Source of the DNA: Candidatus Yonathbacteria bacterium
Lineage (GTDB): Bacteria > Patescibacteriota > Minisyncoccia > Phycocordibacterales > UBA1550
Direction of reading: 5' to 3'
NCBI GenBank assembly: GCA_016215205.1
Contig: JACRKU010000024.1
Coordinates: 4,321 to 68,320 of the forward strand
DNA: 64,000 bases
Shown: positions 8,948 through 18,202 of the stretch, piece after piece
How positions within the stretch are numbered: the first letter of the stretch is position 1
How the letters are laid out: each line of letters begins with the position of its first letter
Position numbers and translations under genes: made by a program
Notes under the pieces: generated by a model
What the model saw: the letters and a program-made list of their open reading frames with translations, nothing else
What the model was told of the DNA's origin: nothing
Database searches by the model: none

Positions 8948-8978
8948 AAAGTATATACTTTGTCATTACTGGTGTCAA
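8948..8978 (-). promoter_or_regulatory. sigma70 promoter of the DinJ-YafQ-like module with an overlapping palindromic operator
   Basis: TTGACA-N17-TATACT on the minus strand; AAAGTATATACTTT palindrome (8948-8961) covers the -10. Confidence 0.75.
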
Positions 8979-8989
8979 CGGCAATATTT

Positions 8990-10402
8990 TTACTTCAACC
9001 CCTCTTCAAATAGCGTTTTGAACATCGCAGGATTCCCACTTCCCTTGCTTGCCTTCATTCCTTGCCCGATGAAAAACTGAAGGAGGGCGACTTTGCCCGA
9101 CTTGTAATCGGCTACCACCGTTGGATTCGCAGAAATAATTTCTGCTACCATTTTTTTGAGTGCCTCAACATCATTTTTCTGAATGAGATTGTTTTTCTCT
9201 GCAATTGCGCGAGGATCACCGCCTTCGGCGTACATTATTGCGAGTGTGTCTTTCGCGCCACGCGAAGATAAGTCGCCTGCTTTAATCATTGTCACGAGAT
9301 CAGCAAGTGATTTGCCAGTTACTCCTCCGATTGAGCCAGAGCTCTTCATAAGTCCCACAAAGTCAGAGGTAATATAGTTCTCAATGAGGGCGACGGATGG
9401 TCTGTCTCCGTCAATCGCATTCACAGCATCTTCAAAAAGTCTGCCGAGGATTTTGTCCGCGACAAACACTTCCGCATTTTCCGTCTTCACCCCATACTCA
9501 CGCACGAGGCGCGCGCGCTTCTCCCAAGGAAGTTCCGGCATTGTAGCTTTCAGTTTCTCATTTGAAAATTCCGGAATCTCGGAAATTTTTAATTTTGGCA
9601 AATCGGGGTCAGGGAAATAGCGATAATCATGCGCGCTTTCTTTTTTGCGTTGTGAAAATGTCTTCTGACCTCCTTCATCCCATCCGCGCGTCTCTTGCAC
9701 AATCTCGCCCGGACCACCGTCCAAGATTTTTGTCATACGCTCCACCTCATACACAATCGCGCGCTCAACCGAGCGAAACGAGTTTAAGTTTTTCACTTCT
9801 ACTTTCGTGCCTAGCTTATCGGTCTTTGATATTGAAATGTTTGCCTCCACGCGCATCTCCCCCTTTTCCATGTTTGCGTTCGATACGCCGAGAGTACGAA
9901 GGAGGAGCTGGAGCTCGCGCGCAAATGCGCCCGCTTCTTCTGCGGTGTGAATCACTGGCTTGGTTACGAGCTCCATGAGAGGCACACCCGCGCGATTGTA
10001 GTCCACGAGGCTTCCTTCGCTCCCCTCGTGCGACGAACTCGCGGTGTCTTCCTCCAAATGCACACGCTCAATAGCTATGCCATTTAACATTCCATTTGAA
10101 ACAAGCGGATATTTATACTGGCTAATCTGATACCCTTTTGGAATATCCGGATAAAAATAATTTTTGCGGTCAAACTCGGTGAAGTCCGCGAGGTCGCTCC
10201 CGAGCGCAGTGCCCACACGCAAAACATGATGCACCGCCTGTTTGTTGATGACCGGCAAAGTCCCCGGATGCGCCATGCACACAGGGCAAATGTTCACATT
10301 CGGCTCCGCATTAAACGGGTCGTTCGCCGAATTGCAAAACATTTTCGTTTTTGTTTTCAGCTCTGCGTGGACTTCCAGACCAACGGTTAGTTTGTAACTC
10401 AT
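8990..10402 (-). CDS. gatB: Asp/Glu-tRNA amidotransferase subunit B
   Basis: VGLEVHAEL, CPVCMAHPGTLP, FDRKNYFYPDIPKGYQISQ, DYRYFPDPDL; ATG 10402 chosen. Confidence 0.97.
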   Translation of the reverse strand: MSYKLTVGLEVHAELKTKTKMFCNSANDPFNAEPNVNICPVCMAHPGTLPVINKQAVHHVLRVGTALGSDLADFTEFDRKNYFYPDIPKGYQISQYKYPLVSNGMLNGIAIERVHLEEDTASSSHEGSEGSLVDYNRAGVPLMELVTKPVIHTAEEAGAFARELQLLLRTLGVSNANMEKGEMRVEANISISKTDKLGTKVEVKNLNSFRSVERAIVYEVERMTKILDGGPGEIVQETRGWDEGGQKTFSQRKKESAHDYRYFPDPDLPKLKISEIPEFSNEKLKATMPELPWEKRARLVREYGVKTENAEVFVADKILGRLFEDAVNAIDGDRPSVALIENYITSDFVGLMKSSGSIGGVTGKSLADLVTMIKAGDLSSRGAKDTLAIMYAEGGDPRAIAEKNNLIQKNDVEALKKMVAEIISANPTVVADYKSGKVALLQFFIGQGMKASKGSGNPAMFKTLFEEGLK

Positions 10403-10505
10403 AATGGGGAGTATATCGTCAAACGAGGAGCGGCGCAAACATAGCAATGTTTATGACGTCCGAGTGCCGACAATATATAGTAATCTATATAACACGAAAC
10501 CTATT

Positions 10506-10724
10506 TTATTTTTTATCCCACGCTTCCCTGCTTATCCCTGCTTGACGAAGAATCCTCACGAGCAAATCAACACTTATTTCTTTTTCGTGAGGGTTTGGGA
10601 TTGTAACCATGAGATTCCCTTTAACCATATATGGATGCTTTCCTTCCTTGTACGGTCCATCAAATCCAAACTTGCGGAGTCGTTGAATCAAAACGCGCAG
10701 AGAAACTGGTCCGAGTTTAGGCAT
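10506..10724 (-). CDS. hicA: HicA-family toxin
   Basis: LRKFGFDGPYKEGKHPYM...IPNPH...LVRILRQAGI. Confidence 0.88.
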   Translation of the reverse strand: MPKLGPVSLRVLIQRLRKFGFDGPYKEGKHPYMVKGNLMVTIPNPHEKEISVDLLVRILRQAGISREAWDKK

Positions 10725-10974
10725 AAACTTCTTTTTTCGTCTGTATCTTTAGTCGAGGCACTCTAAATCCAGGAATAGGAAGGTTCATTCGCAGACGAAG
10801 AATAACCCACCCCTCTAAAACACTTGCGAGCTCCTTACGGCATGACTCAAGAGTCTTCCCTGTCGCCCACACGCCTTTTAACTGAGGTATCTCGCCGTAG
10901 TACCGTTCCTTATTGTCGATAATTTCATAGCGAGCCTTATCCAAATATGACATTATGTAATCGTGAATCATCAT
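10717..10974 (-). CDS. hicB: HicB-family antitoxin
   Basis: YYGEIPQLKGVWATGKTLESCRKELASVLEGW. Confidence 0.88.
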   Translation of the reverse strand: MMIHDYIMSYLDKARYEIIDNKERYYGEIPQLKGVWATGKTLESCRKELASVLEGWVILRLRMNLPIPGFRVPRLKIQTKKEVYA

Positions 10975-11016
10975 ACGCAAATGGTATCATGGCTAAAAAT
11001 CAAAATCAACGCACGC

Positions 11017-11091
11017 TGTCACCTAATTCTAATTTTGACCCCTAATTTTTCGTGACGGCACTAAACAAAGGTACCTGACCCCTAATTTTTC
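11017..11091. repeat. Direct repeats TGACCCCTAATTTTTC (x2) plus a degenerate copy
   Basis: Exact 16-mers at 11036-11051 and 11076-11091; TGTCACCTAATT at 11017. Confidence 0.75.
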
Positions 11092-11173
11092 AAAATACCG
11101 AATGCTTTGCTCCTTCGCGAACAAGAGTGCATCCTTCCCTCAATAAATATCGCACAAGAATCACACGCTTCAT
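11090..11173 (-). pseudogene. Truncated HicA-family toxin
   Basis: MKRVILVRYLLREGCTLVREGAKHSVF* (27 aa) right after hicB; stops at the direct repeat. Confidence 0.75.
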
Positions 11174-11176
11174 ATA

Positions 11177-11395
11177 TTAAACTGTAACCAAAAGCGGTTC
11201 GCGACGCGCTGTTTTCCCTGCGTCATTTTGATTCACCAAACGGTTTGTTTCAATAACAAGCATGAGTGCGTCTTTTAGGTTTTCACGGACTTCTGCAATC
11301 GTGCGTCCTTGTGTATTCACGCCAGAAAGTTCCTCGACCCAGCCAAGGTACCATTTACCGCTTTTTTTATACACTGCTGTGAATTGCTGTTTCAT
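11177..11395 (-). CDS. hicB: HicB-family antitoxin (second copy)
   Basis: WYLGWVEELSGVNTQGRTIAEVRENLKDAL. Confidence 0.88.
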   Translation of the reverse strand: MKQQFTAVYKKSGKWYLGWVEELSGVNTQGRTIAEVRENLKDALMLVIETNRLVNQNDAGKTARREPLLVTV

Positions 11396-11428
11396 GTTTG
11401 ATATATTACCACAGCCAATTATAGGCGT

Positions 11429-12409
11429 CTATGCCATTGATTTCAGTAATTTCAGTAGTTCATCCTGAAATACTTTCATTCCTTTATCATCAAGAATCGT
11501 GATGGCAAACACTTCCGAATGCGGGTAAGTTTTTTTGAATGCAGTCGCGACTTCTTTCACATGTTCGGGGGTCACCATGTCCGTTTTGGTGAGAATAATT
11601 ATTTCGTGCTTCGAAGCCAAGTCTTTATCAAAAGCAGAAAGTTCTTTGCGCACGGTTTCATACACCGCGAGTGGATCTTCATTTTCAAGTGACACTAAAT
11701 GCGCGAGCATTTTTGTGCGCTTTACATGGCGGAGGAATTTGTGACCGAGACCGCGTCCTTCTGATGCACCCTCAATGAGCCCCGGAATATCTGCGATGAT
11801 GAAACCGAAACATTCACCCAAGTTTGGTTCAAGTGTGGTGAAAGCATAGTCGGCAGTCTTTGCGCTCGCGCGCGTGAGGGCGTTCAGAAGCGACGACTTG
11901 CCTGCGTTAGGAAGACCGACAAGTCCGATGTCAGCAACAATCTGAAGTTCCAATTTAAAATCCGCTTCTTGTCCCTTTTGTCCCGGCACATGCTCTTTTG
12001 GCGTGCGGTTGGTTGCCGACTTAAAATGCTCATTACCAAAACCACCGCGACCACCCTTGAGCACCAAAGTCTCCGCGCCGTCTTTAAGGAGCTGATACTC
12101 CACGCCCGTATCGAGGTTCGTCACAATGGAACCAATCGGCAAATCCAATATAAAATCATTACCGTTTCTGCCGTGAAGGCTGTCATTGCCTCCATCGCCA
12201 GCGCGCTCTGCGGAAAATTCTTTTTGATGGCGGTATTTTGAAAGAATGTGCACATCACGAATGGCGCGAATGTACACATCCCCGCCCTTTCCGCCGTCGC
12301 CGCCGGAAGGCCCGGCAAATTCTTTTCCTTTTTCATGCTTAAGACGCATCACGCCGTTTCCGCCGTTGCCCGCCTTCATATGCATCGTCATTTCATCAAC
12401 AAAAGCCAT
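11429..12409 (-). CDS. obgE: GTPase ObgE/CgtA
   Basis: MAFVDE, Gly-rich Obg domain, GLPNAGKSS, YAFTTLEPNLG, DIPGLIEGASEGRGLG. Confidence 0.96.
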   Translation of the reverse strand: MAFVDEMTMHMKAGNGGNGVMRLKHEKGKEFAGPSGGDGGKGGDVYIRAIRDVHILSKYRHQKEFSAERAGDGGNDSLHGRNGNDFILDLPIGSIVTNLDTGVEYQLLKDGAETLVLKGGRGGFGNEHFKSATNRTPKEHVPGQKGQEADFKLELQIVADIGLVGLPNAGKSSLLNALTRASAKTADYAFTTLEPNLGECFGFIIADIPGLIEGASEGRGLGHKFLRHVKRTKMLAHLVSLENEDPLAVYETVRKELSAFDKDLASKHEIIILTKTDMVTPEHVKEVATAFKKTYPHSEVFAITILDDKGMKVFQDELLKLLKSMA

Positions 12410-12444
12410 AGTAAAATTAGTTAAATCCAACTATATCACAAAAA

Positions 12445-13347
12445 TTACAGAGCGTCCACTGCTATTTTTGCGAGCGCGAGCGCGCCTTCTTTCGAGCCAG
12501 CCACAGCGATAAAAAGTTTATTGTGACAAAAAAGAGCGTCGTCTACTCCGGAAACTTCCGCCAATTCTTTCCCTGTCTTTCCCGCCCACGCACTCGGCAA
12601 ATTCTTCCTGTTTTTAAACGAATGCACATCGCCTCGCACCGCTTCTATTTTCCACTTGCCCATATTCCCGCGATCCGGCTTTACGACAAAAAGCGGTTCC
12701 GGCTTTGTGCCGAGCGCTTCATACCACAAATAATGGTCGTCAAGAATGATGATGCGTTTGTCCGCGGCACGAATGTATGCTTCTTCCGCGTGTTTTTTCC
12801 CTTCTTCCTCTGTTCGCGTGCGCACTATTTCTCGCGACAAAATTTTTTCTGCCACCGCGACTGCTTCAAAAAATCCTTCGTCTTCGGTGCGCGCTTCATT
12901 CCATCCGGGACGAAATGCGCTTATCACGTCTTGAAGAATATACGGAGCGACTTCCCCACGAACACCGAATGTCTCAAAACCATTGTCCCCCGCGTCAACC
13001 GGTTGAACGAGACGCTTGTCAATAATACTCATTGCGTACGGAGAGCCTGCAATCTTTTCCCCAAATTCCTTCCACACCAACCCAAATGATGAATAAGGGA
13101 CGCCATTTTCACGACTACCCGCTCCGCCGCTCTGATGGTGGTCAAACCGCCCGCGCGAAGCATCGTACTCGCCACCCACATCCACCACATAGTCGCCTTT
13201 TGCCCATACTTCCGGCTCGCGACTGCGCGCGATTTCTACATTCCCATCATGCAAAACAGAAAGGACTGCGCATGCAAAAACCTCATCAGTATGGAAATTA
13301 CCGCTGTGGGTGACTATCAGAAGATTCTTCGAGTTCTTTTTGTCCAT
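12445..13347 (-). CDS. MYG1-family (DHH-like) metal-dependent hydrolase/exonuclease
   Basis: THSGNFHTDEV, VDVGGEYD...FDHHQ, SSFGLVWKEFG, RKNLPSAWAG, FCHNKLF. Confidence 0.88.
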   Translation of the reverse strand: MDKKNSKNLLIVTHSGNFHTDEVFACAVLSVLHDGNVEIARSREPEVWAKGDYVVDVGGEYDASRGRFDHHQSGGAGSRENGVPYSSFGLVWKEFGEKIAGSPYAMSIIDKRLVQPVDAGDNGFETFGVRGEVAPYILQDVISAFRPGWNEARTEDEGFFEAVAVAEKILSREIVRTRTEEEGKKHAEEAYIRAADKRIIILDDHYLWYEALGTKPEPLFVVKPDRGNMGKWKIEAVRGDVHSFKNRKNLPSAWAGKTGKELAEVSGVDDALFCHNKLFIAVAGSKEGALALAKIAVDAL

Positions 13348-13921
13348 AGTATTTAGATGTCGAGCGTTGAATCAGGATAAACCCTATCACAAAAATGAGC
13401 GCAATCAAAGCAAATTGCGCCGCCCTGTGCGTGACGGCAAGCGCCGCGTGTCCAAACATAAAACCAACCACTGAAAAAATCGCGACCCAAGCAAACGAAG
13501 CAATCAGCTCCGCTTTTATAAAAAGCTGAAATTTCACGCGCACAATCCCCGACAATACGAGCGCTGCGTGGTTTGCGCCATAAATAAATTTGGAAAGAAA
13601 AATCGAGTTGAACGGATTCTCGCGAAAACGCGGCAAAAGAATCAGGACTGTCCTTTCGGCGGCGCGCATAAGGAACAAAAATTTTCTTGAACGTGCGGTG
13701 AACATTCCGAGCCAATACCAAAATATGTCGCCAACCATCACACCGGCAAAAGACACCCACAAAACATCGCCGAGGTCCAGAGCTTTTAATCGCGCGAGTA
13801 TTCCCGCGACGATAAGAAACATTTCCCCTTCTGCCACCATTGCGAGGAAAAGAACGACATACCCCAAAACACGGTGGTCCTGCACAAACAAAATAAAAAA
13901 ATCGATAGATTGCTCGAGCAT
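13298..13921 (-). CDS. DedA/VTT-family membrane protein
   Basis: Hydrophobic; EGEMFLIVAG, GVMVGDIFWYWLG, IFLSKFIYG. Confidence 0.8.
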   Translation of the reverse strand: MLEQSIDFFILFVQDHRVLGYVVLFLAMVAEGEMFLIVAGILARLKALDLGDVLWVSFAGVMVGDIFWYWLGMFTARSRKFLFLMRAAERTVLILLPRFRENPFNSIFLSKFIYGANHAALVLSGIVRVKFQLFIKAELIASFAWVAIFSVVGFMFGHAALAVTHRAAQFALIALIFVIGFILIQRSTSKYYGQKELEESSDSHPQR

Positions 13922-13923
13922 AA

Positions 13924-14265
13924 CTATTCTTTAGAAAATATGACGTGCATGACAGAGCTTACCGCGGAAACAACGAGTGACCCGATGAGCGCCGGCACGA
14001 AACCAGCCACCTCGAAACCCTTTACAAACGACCCGACTCCCCAAAAAAGAAGAGCATTCACGACAAACGAAAAAAGCCCGAAGGTGATGAGTGTAATCGG
14101 AAACGCGACGAGCAAAATGAGCGGACGCACGACCGTATTCAGGATACCGAAAAACGCCGCGACAAGGAGCGCAGTGCCAAATGATGTTATTGTAATTCCT
14201 GGCACAAACGAAGGAAGAGCGAGAATCGTAAGCGCTACAATAATCCATTTCGCAATGAGTTTCAT
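13924..14265 (-). CDS. YvlD / phage_holin_4_2-family membrane protein
   Basis: GILNTVVRPLILLVAFPITLITFGLFSFVVNALLF. Confidence 0.85.
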   Translation of the reverse strand: MKLIAKWIIVALTILALPSFVPGITITSFGTALLVAAFFGILNTVVRPLILLVAFPITLITFGLFSFVVNALLFWGVGSFVKGFEVAGFVPALIGSLVVSAVSSVMHVIFSKE

Positions 14266-14276
14266 TGTTTAAAAAG

Positions 14277-15251
14277 TTAGGCGAGCGCGTTCGGCGCGGT
14301 GCGACCCGAAAGATGTTCAATGATGTTCGTTGCGACCAACTCCGCCATTTTTGTGCGTGTTTCTTCGGTTGCTGAAGCGAGGTGCGGGTTCACCACCACA
14401 TTCTGCAAAGTTAAAAGTTCAGGTGTTATGTTCGGTTCAAACTCAAACACATCAAGCGCCGCGCCGCGAATGGTTCCTGCTTTGAGCGCGGAAACAAGCG
14501 CAAGCTCGTCCACCACAGGTCCGCGCGAAGTATTTACAAGGAGCGCGCTCTTCTTCATGAGCGCAAGACGCTCCTTGTTGATAAGGTGGTGTGTCGCAGG
14601 AAGGAGCGGCACATGAATACTCACCACGTCGGACTGCGCGAGCACTTCTTCGTATGTCGTGTAGTGCTTCGCATCACACAGAGCTTCAAGCGCTTCATTT
14701 TTCTTGGTGTCATAATAAACAATCTTCATTCCAAAACCATTGTACAAAATCCCCGCAACCTCGGAGCCGATGCGTCCGGCGCCCACGAGACCAAGCGTCT
14801 TGTTTTTGATGTCTGTCCCCAAAAGAAGCATCGGCTCCCATCCGACAAATTTCCCCTCGCGAATAAAGCGGTCCCCTTCTGCAGTGCGAGAAGCAAGTGT
14901 TAAAATAAGCGCCACCGTATGCTCGGCGACGGTCGCCGTGAGAACCTCGGGGGTATTGGTTACCACTATTCCGCGCTCTTTCGCCTTGGGAATATCAATG
15001 TGATTAAAACCAACTGAATAGCTTGCAATTATTTTTACCGATGGGGGCATCGCCGCAATCATATCTGCGTCAATAGTGTCGGTAAGAAGAGGGACAACCG
15101 CATCATACGGCGCCTGCGCCAAAGCCTTCTTCAACTCATCGCGCGTAAGCACACCATCTTTTGAGCTTACGGTCACCCCGTATCCCGCCCCGCGCAACAT
15201 TTCTTCGGCGCGCGCCGGAATGCGTCTCGTCATAAATATCTGTTTTGTCAT
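14277..15251 (-). CDS. D-2-hydroxyacid dehydrogenase (glyoxylate reductase / D-glycerate dehydrogenase-like)
   Basis: VGFNHID, TNTPEVLTATVAEH, GAGRIG, NTSRGPVVDE, AALDVFEFEP, PHLASAT; ATG 15251. Confidence 0.92.
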   Translation of the reverse strand: MTKQIFMTRRIPARAEEMLRGAGYGVTVSSKDGVLTRDELKKALAQAPYDAVVPLLTDTIDADMIAAMPPSVKIIASYSVGFNHIDIPKAKERGIVVTNTPEVLTATVAEHTVALILTLASRTAEGDRFIREGKFVGWEPMLLLGTDIKNKTLGLVGAGRIGSEVAGILYNGFGMKIVYYDTKKNEALEALCDAKHYTTYEEVLAQSDVVSIHVPLLPATHHLINKERLALMKKSALLVNTSRGPVVDELALVSALKAGTIRGAALDVFEFEPNITPELLTLQNVVVNPHLASATEETRTKMAELVATNIIEHLSGRTAPNALA

Positions 15252-15364
15252 ATACTCAATATTATACCATGAGGACTCTAGCGTGTGCACGTTGCCCGTT
15301 TGAAAAAAACATGGTATACAGACTATACGTTTACGCCCCGTAACCGCGGGCATTTTTACCAAAA

Positions 15365-16606
15365 ATGGTCGAAACATTTTTCAACAGCATTCTTTATGTA
15401 TTCCTCTTTCTCACCCTCTATCTCGAGGTGTTTTTTCTCATTACCTTTTTTGAAGAGCGGCTAAAGCTAGGCATCATATCCGTACGCGCAAAACTTTCCC
15501 GATATCCCTCCGTCACTATTATTGTCCCATGCTGGAACGAGGAAAAAACTGTTTCAAAAACAGTCGACTCTCTTCTCGCGCTCCATTACCCGAAAGACAA
15601 ACTCGAAATTTTCATTATTGATGACGGCTCAACCGACCGCACGTGGGAAGTCGTGCAAAAATTTGCAAAAAACACGCAGGTGAAACTTTTCCGCAAAGAG
15701 AACGGCGGAAAACACACTGCGGTAAACTTTGGCATTGAAAATTCCACGGGCGAGCTTGTTGGATGCCTCGACGCGGATTCATTCGTAGACAAAGATGCGC
15801 TCCACGAAATCGCAAGTGCTTTCAACGAAGACCGGCAAATGATGGCGGCAACGCCGATGCTTGTCGTTCATGAGCCGAAAACAATTCTTCAAAAAATGCA
15901 AAAAACAGAGTACCATACGGGCGCATTTTTGAAACGAATGCTTTCGCCTCTTGACGCTATCACGGTGACACCCGGACCATTTTCCATTTTTCGCCGAGAA
16001 GTATTCAAAAAAATCGGCCTCTACAAAAAAGCGCACAATACAGAGGATATGGAATTTGCGCTCCGTATGCAGGCAAACCACATGCGTATCAGGAATGTTC
16101 ACACGGCGCAGGTGCACACCACAACACCCGGAACGCTCTACACGCTCTATCGCCAGCGCCTGCGCTGGGCATACGGCATAATGAAAAATACGCTTGATTA
16201 TCGCTTTATGATTTTCCGGAGCGAGTACGGCATCCTCGGAACGATTGCGCTCCCTTTGTCATTCTTTGGTGTCTTTATTTTTCTCTACAATTTCGGCTTT
16301 ATCGTATTTCATATAGCGCGCGTAATTATAAGCAAAACGGTAGAGATAAGCACCGTCGGACTTTCGTTCGCGCTTCCCCGCGCCGATTCGTTTTTCTTTA
16401 ACACCGATTTTATGTCAATCCTTTCGTATGTCTTTCTTGGGCTTGGGCTGGTCATCATTTGGAACGGGGTCAAGCTCGCGGAGGGGCGTTTCCGTCCAAG
16501 TTCCGGTATCTTTTATTTCATTTTCCTTTATGGTATTGTGGCACCAATCTGGTTTACTCGCGCCGTTGTCAATGTCGCCATTTCTCGAGGCACATCATGG
16601 CGATAG
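15365..16606 (+). CDS. Membrane GT2 glycosyltransferase (PgaC/cellulose-synthase-like)
   Basis: VPCWNEE, DDGSTD, GGKHTAVN, LDADS, TEDME, QRLRW motifs; transmembrane helices. Confidence 0.9.
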   Translation: MVETFFNSILYVFLFLTLYLEVFFLITFFEERLKLGIISVRAKLSRYPSVTIIVPCWNEEKTVSKTVDSLLALHYPKDKLEIFIIDDGSTDRTWEVVQKFAKNTQVKLFRKENGGKHTAVNFGIENSTGELVGCLDADSFVDKDALHEIASAFNEDRQMMAATPMLVVHEPKTILQKMQKTEYHTGAFLKRMLSPLDAITVTPGPFSIFRREVFKKIGLYKKAHNTEDMEFALRMQANHMRIRNVHTAQVHTTTPGTLYTLYRQRLRWAYGIMKNTLDYRFMIFRSEYGILGTIALPLSFFGVFIFLYNFGFIVFHIARVIISKTVEISTVGLSFALPRADSFFFNTDFMSILSYVFLGLGLVIIWNGVKLAEGRFRPSSGIFYFIFLYGIVAPIWFTRAVVNVAISRGTSWR

Positions 16607-16624
16607 GATAGTCGCTACCAAACC

Positions 16625-17332
16625 ATGCGCGCAAAAATCGAAACAAAAAAATATGTATTCGCCTTCATTATTGCCGCAATAGTGTTTTTCGGCGCGCTCG
16701 GCGTGAGCAACCGCTTTTCGGAAAAACGCATCGCGGAAATTAAAACAGTCGAAGATAAAATATCTCTGGATATTCTTTCGTCTGAAACGCAATTCGCGCT
16801 CCTAAAAGAATCTTCGTGCAGGGCCATCGACCACGGAACCGCATTTTCAGAGGAGCTGGGTTCTCTCGCGGCAAAACTCTCATATATGGAAGACAATTTG
16901 GGTAACAATAACCCCAATGTGATAAGCCTCAAAAAATACTATTCTCTCCTCCAGATCAAGGACTACCTTTTGGTCGCGCAAATCAAAGAAAAATGCGGCA
17001 CTAAACCCATTACAGTCATTTATTTCTACTCCAACAATGGCGACTGCGATGATTGCAAAAAAGAAGGATATGTTTTGACAAAACTCCGCGAGGAATATCC
17101 TGAACTTCGCATTTACTCGTTTGACTACAACCTCGACCTTTCCGCGGTTAAAACAATGAAGTCAATCCAGGGGGTGCAAAACAAACTCCCCGCGCTGGTC
17201 ATTTGGGATGAACCATACTACGGTTTCAAGAGCGCCGAGGATGTTGAAAAAATAATTCCACAACTCAAACGCCTCCGCGCCGTGCGCGAAAAAGCCGAGG
17301 CCGCAAAAAGCGCAACAAGCACCAAGAAATAG
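16625..17332 (+). CDS. Membrane-anchored protein with a C-terminal thioredoxin-like CxxC domain
   Basis: N-terminal TM; IYFYSNNGDCDDCKKEG...RIYSFD...LPALVI. Confidence 0.6.
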   Translation: MRAKIETKKYVFAFIIAAIVFFGALGVSNRFSEKRIAEIKTVEDKISLDILSSETQFALLKESSCRAIDHGTAFSEELGSLAAKLSYMEDNLGNNNPNVISLKKYYSLLQIKDYLLVAQIKEKCGTKPITVIYFYSNNGDCDDCKKEGYVLTKLREEYPELRIYSFDYNLDLSAVKTMKSIQGVQNKLPALVIWDEPYYGFKSAEDVEKIIPQLKRLRAVREKAEAAKSATSTKK

Positions 17333-17377
17333 GACATAGAAAAAATCCGCCTTTGGGCGGATTTTTTCTATGTCCTA
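17330..17377. terminator. Bidirectional terminator
   Basis: 22-bp stem TAGGACATAGAAAAAATCCGCC / GGCGGATTTTTTCTATGTCCTA between convergent genes. Confidence 0.8.
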
Positions 17378-17400
17378 AACTCTACTTTCTAATTTCTATT

Positions 17401-17958
17401 CTACGCTCCCTTCTCAATGAGATCCATGAACGCAACAACTTTTGCTGTGTATGTTGGAACAACCGAATTGTTGTAGTGATGAAGAATCTCCGTGGTAGTT
17501 GCATCCTTGTAGTACTGTTCAGTCTTAGGGTTATTACCGCCAAGGTTCATTGCGACAGTCTCGATAGCGGAATCAAAGTCCTTGAACTTGATTTTGCATG
17601 ACCCCCAACCAAATGGGTTGTTGTTGCAAGCAAACTTACCGCCGGTCGATTCCGCGATAGCAATGGCTGGAAGAAGGCGCCAATCTAGATCATTGTCTAT
17701 GGCTTCTTTCACAAGCTTCGCGCCATAGCCTTCAAGAGGCATATCACGCTTTGCAAAGTAATCATCAATCTTTTTCGCGTGCATTGCATCAGTAGAGGCC
17801 TGCTCGCTTTGCGACATACCATTGGCGTCTATGGCCAAGCCACGAATCAGCTGATTCGAAAACGCAAAGTTAGTATTGAACATCGCGAGCGGGCTTCCGG
17901 CGGTCAAAAATGGAATAAGCATCAAACCGCGCGCGAACTGTATTGTTTGTTTTTTCAT
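17401..17958 (-). CDS. Secreted lysozyme-like / glucosaminidase-domain protein
   Basis: Signal peptide; DWRLLPAIAIAESTGGK...NNPFGWG...F.DFDSAI. Confidence 0.7.
   Translation of the reverse strand: MKKQTIQFARGLMLIPFLTAGSPLAMFNTNFAFSNQLIRGLAIDANGMSQSEQASTDAMHAKKIDDYFAKRDMPLEGYGAKLVKEAIDNDLDWRLLPAIAIAESTGGKFACNNNPFGWGSCKIKFKDFDSAIETVAMNLGGNNPKTEQYYKDATTTEILHHYNNSVVPTYTAKVVAFMDLIEKGA
17831..17860 (-). repeat. Short palindromic element copy 1 (30 nt, in frame in the CDS)
   Basis: Reverse complement TTCGAATCAGCTGATTCGTGGCTTGGCCAT; related copies at 21165 and 62769. Confidence 0.7.
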
Positions 17959-18202
17959 ATAGTGGCAATATTTGCTTTGCCGAACGCCATGTCTATTTCG
18001 TCCAACAAAAAAGCACCATTAAAGGTGCATTTGAGCCTGACTGAAGGTAAACCAAGCCTATCATATCCAGTCCCAAAAGTCAAGGATTTTTCTTCTGTTT
18101 TGACATAGTTTTTGATGGAAAATTGCCAAAATATCCTTATTTTTCAATAGTTTTTATGCAATGGGCTTTACGCCCTGTCAAACCTGTTTTTTCGTTACTT
18201 TT

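Noticed and set aside
11017-11091. CRISPR array
   Set aside because: Only two exact 16-nt repeats and no cas genes.
13924-14265. Prophage suggested by the holin-family protein
   Set aside because: This family is commonly chromosomal, and no other phage genes are present.
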